Assembly: GCA_036172245.1 (NCBI GenBank)
Contig: JAYWIR010000024.1
Location: forward strand, 1,674,001-1,738,000
Reading direction: 5' to 3'
DNA length: 64,000 bases
From: Raillietiella orientalis
Taxonomy: Eukaryota
Under the pieces are notes generated by a model. It saw nothing but the letters and a program-made list of their open reading frames with translations, ran no database searches and had not been told where the DNA came from. Positions 13,525-24,684 of the stretch are shown one piece after another. The stretch's first letter is position 1. Every line of letters begins with the position of its first letter. A program made the translations under genes and the position numbers.

Positions 13525-14337
13525 CCCGCGTCGGCGGCCTTGTGGTTAAGGCTTCCGCGTGTGGCACCATGCGTCGCGGGATCGAATCCTCCGGCAGAAA
13601 CTGACGCCACTGCGTCGTTTGGGTTACGAGTTTCTCCTGCAACGGCGCTGGTTGGCCGAGTCATTCGGGCGTGGCACCGGCGGTGGTCGTCAGCCGGAGG
13701 CCCCCGATGAAGGCCGGAACAGGGGGAGTCGACCTTCGGGTCCTCCCAGGAAGAAAGGAGTGGGGAGTTCCCCCTCCTGTCGTGCAACGGAGAGCGGACT
13801 TCCCCCCCCCACCGGGGGACCCCTCCGGTTTCAAGATGGAGCCGGAGCCCTCACGGGCACCTCTCCAGCTGTTCAAAGGAGCGGACCCCCCTCTTGGGGG
13901 GTCCATCCGAGTCGTCGTCTCTTCACAGAGTGCACAAGGAAGCAAGCGAGAGCGATTCCCCTGCGGGAAGCTGCAGCGCCCCTTCTGAGTTTCGGAAGCA
14001 CCCCTGTGGGGGTTGTCTTCAGAGGAGTGAATAAAGGAGCGGGTTCCCTTGCGGGTTCCCTCCGGAGAAGAAATTCCTAGAAGCGGATCCTTTCCGGGAT
14101 CCCTTCGGAGAAGTTGAAATGGAGAGGACCACCCCCCATTACGGGGGGTGTCCCTCCGGAGAGAATGAGGAAGGAGATTCCCTTCGGGGTTCCCCTTCGG
14201 AGACAACCAGGGTGAGAGGTGCGATCCCCCCCGTCCAGGGGGATCCCTCCCCAAGCGTGAGAGGAACGGACTCCGAGCCCTTTCTGGATTCATAGGGCGG
14301 ACCCCTTCCCCCCCCCCAAAAAAAAAAAAAAACAAAC
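13525..14337 (+). mobile_element. tRNA-derived SINE, copy A
   Basis: tRNA-like head with A-box-like ggccttgtggttaag and B-box-like gggatcgaatcc, a body of ccttc/ggaagg palindromic motifs, and an A-rich tail at ~14318-14337. Confidence 0.65.
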
Positions 14338-14349
14338 AGTTTGGACTGA

Positions 14350-14790
14350 TGCTGTCCTTCCAGCGGCCGAGTCGCCACGTTGAAAATAAAGCGACACAAA
14401 ATGGCCGACCACCGGCACGTTGCGCCCTCCCATTTCACGTGCGAATGTGCACGCACGCGATTCGTATTCCTCATGAGACTTTGGATGCTGCGTGCACAAT
14501 CGGGTTCTCTCCCTGAAGGTGCTGAACACGACCCAGAATGCAGGTCGCGGAGACTTCGGGGTCTCGACGCGAAGTTTCTCGCGGAATGTTCCCCTTAACA
14601 CCTGTTGTTCACTAAGATACGCTAACGGGGAGTGGAACCAGTGACGGTGGAATTCCATATCCGCTCCTCGGCCCATCTGTATCTGCGCATCTCCTTCTGG
14701 AAAGGCGGAGGCTCTCAAGGATAGCTTCATCCCTGTTGATGGAGCATCCTGTCGTTCCAGATGTTCGAGCACAAACTGCATTTTTCTTTC
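14350..14790 (-). mobile_element. Old LINE endonuclease (APE) N-terminal remnant
   Basis: 'VLEHLERQ...WFHS...LRG' resembles the APE N-terminus; weakly homologous sequence lies at ~54290-54500. Confidence 0.3.
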
Positions 14791-15415
14791 GAGGGGGGGA
14801 CGGTCACGAAGCCCTTCGACGCTGTCCACCCCACCCGAGGGAGCGCCTAACTCTTCAAGTGGTAGGGGTTACCCCGGAGGGACCATCCTATGAATCCAAG
14901 ACTCCAGAGGAAAGCACCTCGTTCCTCGCCCTGGTAGGGGAACAACCTCGAAGGGACCCCTCGAAGGGGGCTACTCTTCATTTCTTCTCCGGAGGGAACC
15001 AGGAAAAGGTCCGCTCCCCAATTTCTCTAAAGGGCGCTCCTCTGAAGAGAGCAGTATGCTTCTTGACACTCTGGACAGGCATCCCTCTGAGGGGAGTATC
15101 AACCAGTTCCAAGGTACCGAGGAGAGGGACGGCCCCATCTTCCCAACAGGAGAGGAACCTGGAAGGGCTCTTTGATCCCTGGATGAATCTAGAGGGGGTT
15201 TAACTTGCAATCCCGTCGGCCAGTCAACGGAGGGCATCCGGTCTTCGACTTCCACCAGCGCCACACCCGAATAGGCCAACCAGAGTAATCCGGGGATGGA
15301 CGACTCGGAACTCCCAGCGCATTCCTCTTTCTCTGCGTCGATCCTTCCCCCGGGTCGAACCCCCGACGCTCGGTGGCATGCGCGGGGAGCGCAGTCAAGC
15401 AGCCCTTAACGCGGG
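14780..15415 (-). mobile_element. tRNA-derived SINE, copy B
   Basis: Reverse complement of 15330-15415 gives gccaccgagcgtcgggggttcgacccggggaaggatcgacgc, matching the heads at 34375 and 44765. This segment is absent from the homologous locus at ~54490. Confidence 0.65.
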
Positions 15416-16091
15416 CCACACCTTTTTTCCCCCCATGTGTCCCCCCACCCTTCCCTCCTGGAATCGGAAGCCCTTTCGTCGGGTCGCCATTAGCCGGATC
15501 CCGCGAACCCGAGGTTCATCCCTGACAACTGCGCATCCTCGCTCCTCGTCTCCCTGCTTCCGGACAGACCCGCCCGAGCTCTCTGCGGACCGCGCCGCCT
15601 GGAAGCCGACAGTTCGTCCTGCGGGTCTCCCGACCGTCGCCTCGGCGTTTCCCGGTGCAGTGGTTGAGGGCGCGGCGTACGGACTCCTCGCACGCTTCGT
15701 GAGACGACGATTCCCTGGGGTGGACGTGGCCCACGCGGACAGGCAGTAGGTCGACATTGAAAACGCACGAGGCTGTCTGACGCGGGCCGTGAACTTTGCT
15801 TGGTGCCTCGTGGCGGGGAGGCCTTCTCTGGCGCCTGTTCGCGCACAGGCAGGGAAAGGAAGGAAGGGCAGAGGGGGGGGAGCAGCCACCAGTCAGCTTG
15901 ATCTCCCGGGTGGAGAACAGGTGCGGCTTCTTGAAGGAGTAGGCGGTGGCGATGGGCGGCGATTTTCCCCAAGTCCCACAAGGGGTGGGGTAAATTTATT
16001 TTCGTTTTATAACATTCATACTACAATCTCATTCATACCACTGGCACTGTATTACCGCTTTGAAGTCTCTGGGGTTTCTCAAGTTCTGCTA

Positions 16092-19000
16092 TCAGGGTGA
16101 GTTTCCGGATGCTTGGTCCCGGGCGTCGTCTTCAATCCTCTTCAGGATGAACAGGTACGTCCAGGCATGGATTCGTCCACAGTTCCTGATGCCTATCTCC
16201 TTCTTGATGAGTCCTTGAAGGATCTCCATCGGAGGTGCGGCTCTTCTGGCTTTCCTCATCTTCCACCACCGCACGAGTATGGCGGTGAAGAAGAGGGCTA
16301 TGGTCGTCCTCACCATGGGATTGTAACAGGGAACATTACCATCTCCCTGAAACATCCCGGCGAGGATTTCCATAACGGACTTGTTGGTAAGTCCTATGAT
16401 CCTTTTCAGGATCAGCCAGTCGTGTAACAATGTGGGACACGTCAAGACATGAAGTCTGGTGTCGGTGTCTCCACATGCTACGCAGTCTTGATCTTCCCGT
16501 CTTCCGGTAAAATACTGGAGTCTAGACCCACTTTGGATTCCTCCATGGTAAAACATCAGGAGGTCGTCCTGGGTCTTCGGCGGAAGGTCACTCCTCCAGA
16601 GCGTGGTGCCAATCGCTAGCAGGTTGATGCGATCGCTCCCGTAGCGTTCGGCTGCTTCTTGGAGGGCACTGATGTCTTGGTCATCTTCACGAATAAGTCT
16701 TCTGAGGTTAATTTTGGTTACCCTAGACCACGCGAGATCGTTGTGGTTGATCCACACCTCACGGGTCATATGGGTGTACCTTCCTAACATCATCTCTATA
16801 TACCGAAGTATACGAGTATGATGTAGGTAACCTCCTCTTCTCCACTCCTGGATTCGTTGCAGGGTAACTCCGGGCCGCCGGTAGATCCAGCTTCTCGTGT
16901 CCGAAGGGACCGGAAGCATCCAGGGGATCACCAGGATGGATTCCTCCTGCCAGAGTTCCCTGCTTCGCGGCACGATCTTGATTTTGTGCTTGCGCACCAG
17001 CCGTTGCTTCCTCCTCCAGGTTGGGTCGATGGACATCCACTCTCCTGCTCGGCCTAGCAGCGCAGTCATAAGGCCTTTCGAGTTGTTTAATAACAACGCG
17101 TAGGCCCTGTGTGCTGCATACGGCCAGTCATCCCAGCGGGTGGCTATGTCCAGTATGTGTCGCGTATCCATGATTTCCATGGAGTGTGCAGGCGACTTCA
17201 TCCCGGAACCGCCCTCTTCCCTGGGACGACACAGGGGTTTTAACCGGACTCTTGGGCGATAGTGGCCCCACAGTGTTTTTCGTTGCAGCTTCTCTACTTC
17301 TCTCGAGGTTTCTTTGTTCATTCTAGCGAAAGCCGCTCCAAAGAGTACCTTTGGAAGGAGTACTCCGTTCCAGAGGTTGGCCCTTCGCTTCATCCCAAAG
17401 TCCTCTCGAGTGTATTTTGCTGCTTCGTTGGCCGTTTTCCCCAGGATTTCGGTCCACAGCAGCTTCGACGCAGAGTCGTCGCCTATGTGGATTCCCAGGT
17501 ACTTGGCCGTATCTACCGTACGGAAACCACTCCCCATGAGTGTGGAGAGGTCCAGTATTCCGACGGGCAAAAGCTGGCTTTTCTGGGCGTTAAGCCCAAT
17601 CCATCTTTCATAAGGCCCACCACGTCCAGGAACGTTTCTTGATCCCTCTTTCCTCTTATGAAGAAGAGGAGATCGTCCGCGTATGCTAGATGGGTGAGCT
17701 TCTGGTTGTCTACCTCTACTCCTTTCATCCGTCCGTTCTTCTCGACGAAAGAAGAGAGCGCCTCCATGTAGATAACGAACAGCATCGGACTTAGCGAGTC
17801 GCCCTGCCGAACTCCTCGCTCCATCTGAATGACTGCCGTTTCCATTCCGTTGATCTTTATCCGGAAGCGTTGATTCCGGAGGATCATTCGCACGAAGATG
17901 CTGAAGTATTCTGGGAGTCCCAGCTTTTCCAGAATCTTCAGCAGCATCCCGTGATCGACGGTGTCGAAGGCTTTCTCCATGTCAGTGAACGCAAGCACCA
18001 GGTTCTCTCCGACGTATCGGCTGAGTCCCACGATAGCCTGCGCGCACTTGACATTGTCCAGCATGTGACGTCCGGGTACCGCACACGTCTGGACAGGAGA
18101 TATTAGCCTCGACATTACTTTGCCTAAGCGGTTGGCCCAGATCTTTGCCAACCACTTGGCATCCGAGTTAAGGATCGAGATTGGCCTCCATTGTGCTATC
18201 CTAGACAGATCGCCCCCTTTCGGCAATAATCTCGTCCTGCTCTCGTAGAAGGACTCCGGCAGTCGTCCTTCTTGTCGGATGCAGAGGGTCAACTGGTGGA
18301 ATAAACGCAGGTAGGCATGCAGATACCTCTGATAATGAGAGATGGGAACATCATCAGGGCCTGCTGCCACATCCTTGCGTAATTGACCGAACGCAGTCTT
18401 CACCTCTTCTTCAGTAATATCCTCCTCCAGTCTCTTCCGCTGGAGGTCGTCAAGCTTCTTTTCCAAATAGCCCAGGAAGGTATTTTGTGCAGCCGAACAC
18501 AGGTGTTCTCGTCGAAAATGTTCCGTATAGTGCCTTTCGAAGGCATCTACGATATCTTCAGACGTGTGCCGACTTTGATCGGCGTACTGGATGCAGAAGA
18601 TATCTGTTGCCAGATTCCTCTTCTCCAGCACGCCGACTTCCCCTTTTACATTATGGAAGACATACCGACTCTCGTATTCCTCGAAGTACTTGGAGAGTGA
18701 GTGATCTTTGATGTTCAACTCCCGGTATGCTTCCTGCCTCAGTCGTCTATCGCCAAACTGCATATTCGCAAACAGGTGTATCCTGTGTTTCAGGCTGTCC
18801 CAGTCGGCGACTCTTCGAATTGTAGTCGCTTTGAGAATCGCCTCTAGGACCTCCTGATGTCCAGGATGTGTTTCGAACCAGACGGGCATGCTGATGAGCG
18901 CTGCCCTGGTGCCTTGCTTTCGCCGAGGATTCTCCGTCCTTAGGGAGAAACGCATTAGCGGGTGATCGGACAGGGTGGTGGGTATGTCTCGAAAACCCAG

Positions 19001-19603
19001 AATACGATTCCCTAGTTCCGTACTATGGAGGACGTGATCGATCGGCTTGTGGCTTGCTGTTCGCCACAACAATCCGAACTCGTCGGATAGCCGCCGATAC
19101 ACCGACCTTCCTCTGGCGTCCTGGGAATGTGTAATTTCGTCCAGGATGTTCAGATCGCCAGCGACGATCACGACGTCCTTGGGCGCGACCTTTTCCCGGA
19201 GTGCTGCATGCAGCGACTCCGCGCAACGATGTTTTAGCCTGTGTGGTCCGTACACGCTCACCAAAATAAGGTGAACAGTAGCGGACCAGGCCAGTCGCAC
19301 TCCGATGATGCGTCCAGCTAAGGGACAGAACACTTCTAGGATAGTGGGGGCCAAATGGTTCTTGATTAAGACCGCCACACCCTGCGTGTTCCGTTCTCCC
19401 TCGCTGACAAAAATCTGCCCATTGAAACGCCGTTCCATCCGCTGACTAACCTCGAGACCCATCTTGTGGGTCTCCTGCAGGCAGACGATATCTTGTCGTG
19501 CGATGGTCCGCACGATTCTCTTCCTCTTGGTCTGGTCGATCAAACCGTTTACGTTCCGGGAGGCGATGTTCAGCCTCCTGGCGGTCGATAGGTATGAGGC
19601 CAT
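16092..19603 (-). CDS. LINE ORF2 (APE endonuclease, reverse transcriptase, zf-RVT), interrupted by one frameshift near 17612
   Basis: Motifs NVNGL, CLQETH, GDLN, IDHV, SDH (APE); WRPISILN, DMEKAFD, GVRQGDSLSP, YADD, KYLGI (RT); CVACGDTDTRLHVLTC. Joining ORFs 17513-19603 and 16092-17570 gives ~1170 aa. Confidence 0.95.
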
Positions 19604-19615
19604 AAAGGGGAAGAC

Positions 19616-20941
19616 CTACTTTTTGGCCTTCCTGAGCTTCTTCTGTCTGGGAGAGCGTGATCTCCCAGACGTTGAAGAAGGAGCGGGTTTATCGCTTGCC
19701 GCGTCACTCTCCGTCCCAGTGAGGTCGGTTATTTCCGCCTCTTCTGTAGAGTGTTCGGCTCGCGCTATTAATTTCCGAGATAGAGCCTCTATCTCGACCT
19801 TGGCGCAGAAGTTGGCCTTCACTTCAAGAAGCTGTTCCTCCAGCTTCTCTCGTTCAGCTACCTCCACCACCTGGTTCACAGTTTCCTGTGCGTCGCAGAT
19901 CTTCTGCAGGATTTGCACCTGCTGGGGCCCGCTTTGCACCTCCATCACTTCTTCTGAAAGCTTCGTCAACTCCTCGGTGGACTGCAGGGCCTCCTGCGAC
20001 ACCGGAGTGACTTCTACCACTGCTTTCTCTTCCTCCTGTACTGTCTCCATTTTTTCGCCTTCTTCCGCTACTTCTGGGGTAAGAGAGGCTTCCTGCTCCT
20101 TGACGAGCATCCTCCTCTTCCCCTTCTTTCCGACTTCTATGAAGCCGTCCGCCGATGCCAAGGCGACTTCCCTCGTCTTCTTCGGCCTTCCTGCCATCTT
20201 CTGAGGCTGTTCCGCCTCCCTCACACTCCTCTCTCTCACGGGAGAGAGTCCACGAATCCTTCTGCAGTTAGCGAATTCCGGACAGCTCCATTTAGCGTGT
20301 CCGTGCTTCTTGCAGAAGGAACAAACCTCCGGCTGCGGGCAGTTTCGGACCTGATGCCCAATCTTGCCGCAGCGGTAACATCTCGATGTAGGGCAAGCGC
20401 CGGCCCTATGGCCGAACTGCTTGCACCCGGTGCAAAATACCGGTTGCTGCCGGTAGCGTACATTTACGCAGTGGGATGGTTCGTCAATGACGGCTATCCC
20501 GGGAATCTGCGCTCCTTCCTTGAGCTTTATCTTGGCGATCATGTCGCCGGAAAAGATTTTTCCAGAGAAGTTCTCGAATTCGAGGTCGAGAACTTCTCCA
20601 AACTGTTCAAGGTATTTCCACACCGTTAGTTGTGGTGTGTAAATCGAAATACCACTCATGTACACCGTGGTGTACGGCATCTCGCCGACACCACAGATCA
20701 TCCTCCCTTGGATGTTGATCCCTTTCTGGATCAACCTCTCCCTGATGTTTTCACAGTCTGTAAAGACTGTGAATCCTGAATTATTTGGAATGATCGCCTG
20801 AATGCGATCAAAGTCCAAGTCTGTCTTATCTAGGGACAGATATACTTCCCTAATATTGCTGAACTTTATCAGCCCCGTGCGAAACATAATGGGTTTCACC
20901 TCCGGGCCTAACTGGACAACCGGACGGTCCACCCTTTTCAA
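19616..20941 (-). CDS. LINE ORF1, gag-like nucleic-acid-binding protein with three CCHC zinc knuckles (probably 5'-truncated)
   Basis: CTGCKQFGHRAGAC, CYRCGKIGHQVRNC, CSFCKKHGHAKWSC, an E-rich coiled region and a basic tail. 12-nt spacer before ORF2. The frame runs to the TSD with no 5' UTR; first ATG at 20887. Confidence 0.92.
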   Translation of the reverse strand: MKRVDRPVVQLGPEVKPIMFRTGLIKFSNIREVYLSLDKTDLDFDRIQAIIPNNSGFTVFTDCENIRERLIQKGINIQGRMICGVGEMPYTTVYMSGISIYTPQLTVWKYLEQFGEVLDLEFENFSGKIFSGDMIAKIKLKEGAQIPGIAVIDEPSHCVNVRYRQQPVFCTGCKQFGHRAGACPTSRCYRCGKIGHQVRNCPQPEVCSFCKKHGHAKWSCPEFANCRRIRGLSPVRERSVREAEQPQKMAGRPKKTREVALASADGFIEVGKKGKRRMLVKEQEASLTPEVAEEGEKMETVQEEEKAVVEVTPVSQEALQSTEELTKLSEEVMEVQSGPQQVQILQKICDAQETVNQVVEVAEREKLEEQLLEVKANFCAKVEIEALSRKLIARAEHSTEEAEITDLTGTESDAASDKPAPSSTSGRSRSPRQKKLRKAKK

Positions 20942-21952
20942 CTGGCGATGGGCGGCGAGTGCGCAGACGGCGTGAAATGCGGAGCGATTGTTTTGTTTCG
21001 AGGTCAGGTCACTGCGAACGCATCAACAAGAAGGGCCGAGAATGAGCAAACCCGGAAACGCATTGTCTGACGGTGCCTTCCGAGGGCATCGGGCCGTCAT
21101 CCGAGGATGCACGCAAGCAGCCGCTGTACTGTGGGAAAAGCGAGGAACGTTACACGTGTACGGATGCTGTACCATGAGTTCTCCGGCGGACCTCCTCAAC
21201 GGTTCTCTGACTCCTGCCATCTAGCAAGAAAACTCGCAACTAACCGGCTGTCTGCTGCCCTCGCGTTTCCGTAGGGGAGACAGCACTGTGGCTATGGAGT
21301 TTCAACGCCTGGATTGAAGGGCTCGTCACTCGCGGATGTTCAAGAGTAGGGCGTTTTTCCTCGAGGTGGGAGTTTTCGGCCCCGTTTGGCCGAGACCTTC
21401 CTGCTTGAGTTCCGGCTCACTTGGCGTTCCGGTTCCTTCTGGGACCCGGACCACATAGGTCTGCCGGCAAGCCCTTCGGAGGGTGTCCTAACCGACGCGT
21501 CCGGTGGGTGCCGTGGATGCTGGAAGGCACCACCATCCTTGTCGAGAGAACGCGCGTTCGTTCTTGGGATTCCTGGTCCTTCAAAAGCACGCCCCCTTGG
21601 AGATCTGGAATCCCAAAGGAGGTGTGCTCTTCGCATCCATCTTCGGACCATCTCCTGATGGCTCGAAGATGGCGGTACGATCTGATGGCACGCCGATAGG
21701 AGGAGTGGGAGGGCAAAGCGAGCGAGCGTAGTTACGATGTTCCTCCTCTTTCTGCTTTCACGCGCGACCTCCTGGGACGCCGACGCGCGCCTCCGAATGA
21801 GCTGCACTCTCTGAGCACGGTGGCGTTCCTCATACTTCTCAAGAATAGGGCCTCATGCAGGCCAGGGTCTCCCACCTCCCGTGCATCGTCGTCTTCCAGA
21901 AATGATCGATCGACGCGCCGTGTCTCCTGGTTTATCACCCGGTCACGCTGGG

Positions 21953-24300
21953 ACGTTTATTATAAAAATAATAAACATATAGATGTAGGACCATCGTCCC
22001 TAAATCGTCCGAAAATGTCCGGAACCTGCCGAGTGACCGCACTCAGGCCGGCGAGGTTCGCCTCGGCAGAGGAGGAGGGGGGAGGGGCAAGCAAAAATAA
22101 AAATAAAATAAGAATCAATCATAAAAAGGAAAACTCTGGGTGGCACGGGAAAGGATCACTGTCCGCTGGTGGGCGTCCTCTTCATCCATGCTGGCAAGTT
22201 CCACCCGAGTATGCCCCAGATGAGGCCATCTTGCTACCGTCCGCAGGAAGCGTAGGGCAAAGCAGATGGCGTCCTCAACGCGCCGTCCTCCTCTCGCGTA
22301 GCTCCAGGCCGCCGCAATTCCTCCCAGGCAGCAGCAAAGAAGTGCTGGGGATGCGCCAGCCGAAAGGGCATAGTGCATGAAGAGATGCTTCATCACGTCC
22401 CTGGGATTGTCCATCGGTGCACCAAGGGCCGTTGCGTAACGTAACCACAGGGACTGGGGGGTAGCACAGTCTACAAGCAAGTGCGGGAGGCATTCCTGTT
22501 CCCCAAACCTGCAACACTTGGGATCCACAGCCTTCTGAATCCAGTGAGACCGGAGGACGTTGCACGGGAGACTCCAGTGCAATAGCAGGAGCGCCGACTC
22601 CCGCCAGGGAGGGCCCGGTTTTTTTCAGTGCTCGGGGCCACTCGTGTTCTTTCTGTGGATTCCCGGCAGCTCAGCCCAGCACAGTAGTCCTTTCGATGGG
22701 GCACTTGGGGTCGCAGCGTCCGTGAGCTGGCCCGTGGACCAACCACCTAATTCCTTCGTTCATAGGTCTATTTCGTAACTGACCTCCCATTTGGCCGTTT
22801 GGTTACTACCTAGGCGCTCCCTGGGGGAGGACAGCGTTGCGACGAGGGAGGTTCTTTGCGCCCACACACACGTGGTGGGCTGCACGATGACGCCCTGCAG
22901 CGAGCGGTTGTTGTAGAAGGAGTGCAGCGGTCGCTGAAGGTCCAGCTTCAGGCTCGCTTCGTTGTTTTTGGCCCATGTGCGAAGGGTTTCCTACAACCAG
23001 ACACCACTGCCCGCGGGCTGGTAGAAGATCCAGGTGTTGGTTCTGGTCAGCTTGGCCACTCGCCGGAGCCTCCTGGTGCGCGTTTGAAGGACCACATGCG
23101 ATGATTGAAATGTGAGGGCGCTCCATCCCATTCCCGGCGCCGGTAGGGAAGTATCGGTTCCCTATTCGTTCCCTAGCTGGTACTCGGATCGGTAGGAGAT
23201 GAAGACGTGCAGAATGGATGAACTTGCAGTCCTCAAGATTTCTCGCTGGTGACAAAGATGGAATCACCTTCCTTCTTGCATACAGACGCGCGCTCGTCGG
23301 AGGCTTACCGCTACCATCATGGATCACTTCAATTTTCCTCAATCCCACAAGGGATGAGGTAAATTTATTTTTTTAACATTCGCACTACATTTTCATTTAT
23401 ACTATTATTCCAAACACACCACTAATGTCACTGGAAGTCAGCTTCTTCGGGAACTGGTCGTCGTTTGTGCCTGGGCGGTGACCTCAATCCTTTGTAGGAT
23501 GTGTCGGTACGTCCAGGCCGGCATTCTCCCGCAGTTTCTTATGCCGATCTCCTTCTGGATAAGTCCTTTCAGGATTTCCATCGGAGATGCGGCAGTCCTG
23601 GCGGTCTTCATCTTCCACCATCACACAAGGATGGCGGTGATGAAGAGGACGATGGTCGTCCTCACCATGGGATTGTAGCAGGGAACTTTCCCGTTTTCTT
23701 GGAACATCCCTGTTAGGATTCCCATGACTGAAGTGTTGGTCAGCCCTATGACCCTTTTCAGGGCCAGCCAGTCGCGGAGCAATGTGGGACACGTCAGGAC
23801 GTGGAGTCGTGTGTTGATGCCTCCGCATGCTCTGCAGTCCTCGTCGTCACGTCTTCCCGTGAAGTGCTTCATCCTAGACCCGCTCATGGATCACTTCGAG
23901 TAGCACACCTTCCGAACTGCCTGGCTAACCGAAAGCTGATAGTAAGCGGATGCGCGTCGCCACTGTCCCCAGCAGTCTCGGCGGCGATTCCGGATGGAGA
24001 AGATCTTGACAGGGAGAATGCGTTTCGTCTTCTTCCCTGGTTCTCTCATGCGGGTTGCTTCCGTAGGTCGGAGCAGGGAGGGATCTGCTCTCATAGCACT
24101 TCGATACATTGCTGCGCTCTCGAAACCATGACTTGAGGCACTCGAAATCAGGAATCTTCCGTTGGGAGTGGGCTGCCCACTTCCGACCACGTGCTGCCAA
24201 GCATTCTTCTGCTCTGGCAGTAGTGGAGAGCCCCGTGACCTGGTTCCGGAAAGGTCTAGACGGATTCCTGGCGTGAGCGTGGGCGTGGGCGTGGACACAA
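21953..24300 (-). mobile_element. Older L1/Tx1-type LINE 3' half, interrupted by the 23333-23883 insertion
   Basis: 'DPKCCRFGEQECLPHLLVDC...LW' zf-RVT; 3' UTR shared with the 8290 element. Right boundary uncertain. Confidence 0.65.
23333..23883 (-). mobile_element. 5'-truncated relative of the 15963-20942 LINE
   Basis: Translation aligns with the ORF2 C-terminus (TRLHVLTCPTLL..VPCYNPMVRTTI), with one in-frame TGA. TSD tcatggatcacttc(a/g)a at 23317-23332 and 23884-23899. Confidence 0.93.
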
Positions 24301-24684
24301 GATGATAGCAAGCCTTCCTCCTCGGACGCGTCTATCCGCTTCTCGGAAGCACCTTTAACGATTCCTCCAGATCTGCAATCCAACGACCAGCATGTCGTTT
24401 TCGGGTCGCAACCCCGGCATAATAATCGCGGCACGTGACAACGGACCGCAGGCCGACACCCTTTGGCAAGCCGGGACGATGCGGATGCTTGCGAAGCGTG
24501 TCAGCTTGCTTATTCCATTTCCCGCAGCACGAAGAACACTGCTGAAAGAATGAAGATAGGGAGGAGCAAAAGCTCCATGGGAAAGGCGTTCGACAAGAGG
24601 GGAGACGCAGCCAGAGACCTCACGTAAGGAGAAAAGCGCATCTCGATGGGCAATGAGGATGATGCGGAAGAATCTCCTGGGACT

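Larger units (their letters stand above)
15963..20942 (-). mobile_element. Nearly full-length L1/Tx1-clade non-LTR retrotransposon
   Basis: ORF1 and ORF2, AATAAA and 3' hairpin, flanked by the exact 16-bp TSD tggcgatgggcggcga (15947-15962, 20943-20958). Empty site at 55020-55035. Confidence 0.97.

Noticed and set aside
13530..13600. Functional tRNA genes here and at 34375 and 44765
   Set aside because: No complete cloverleaf or acceptor stem; each continues into a shared repeat body, so they are SINE heads.
17513..17620. Programmed -1 frameshift in ORF2
   Set aside because: No X XXY YYZ slippery heptamer is visible in the overlap; a 1-nt deletion explains it.
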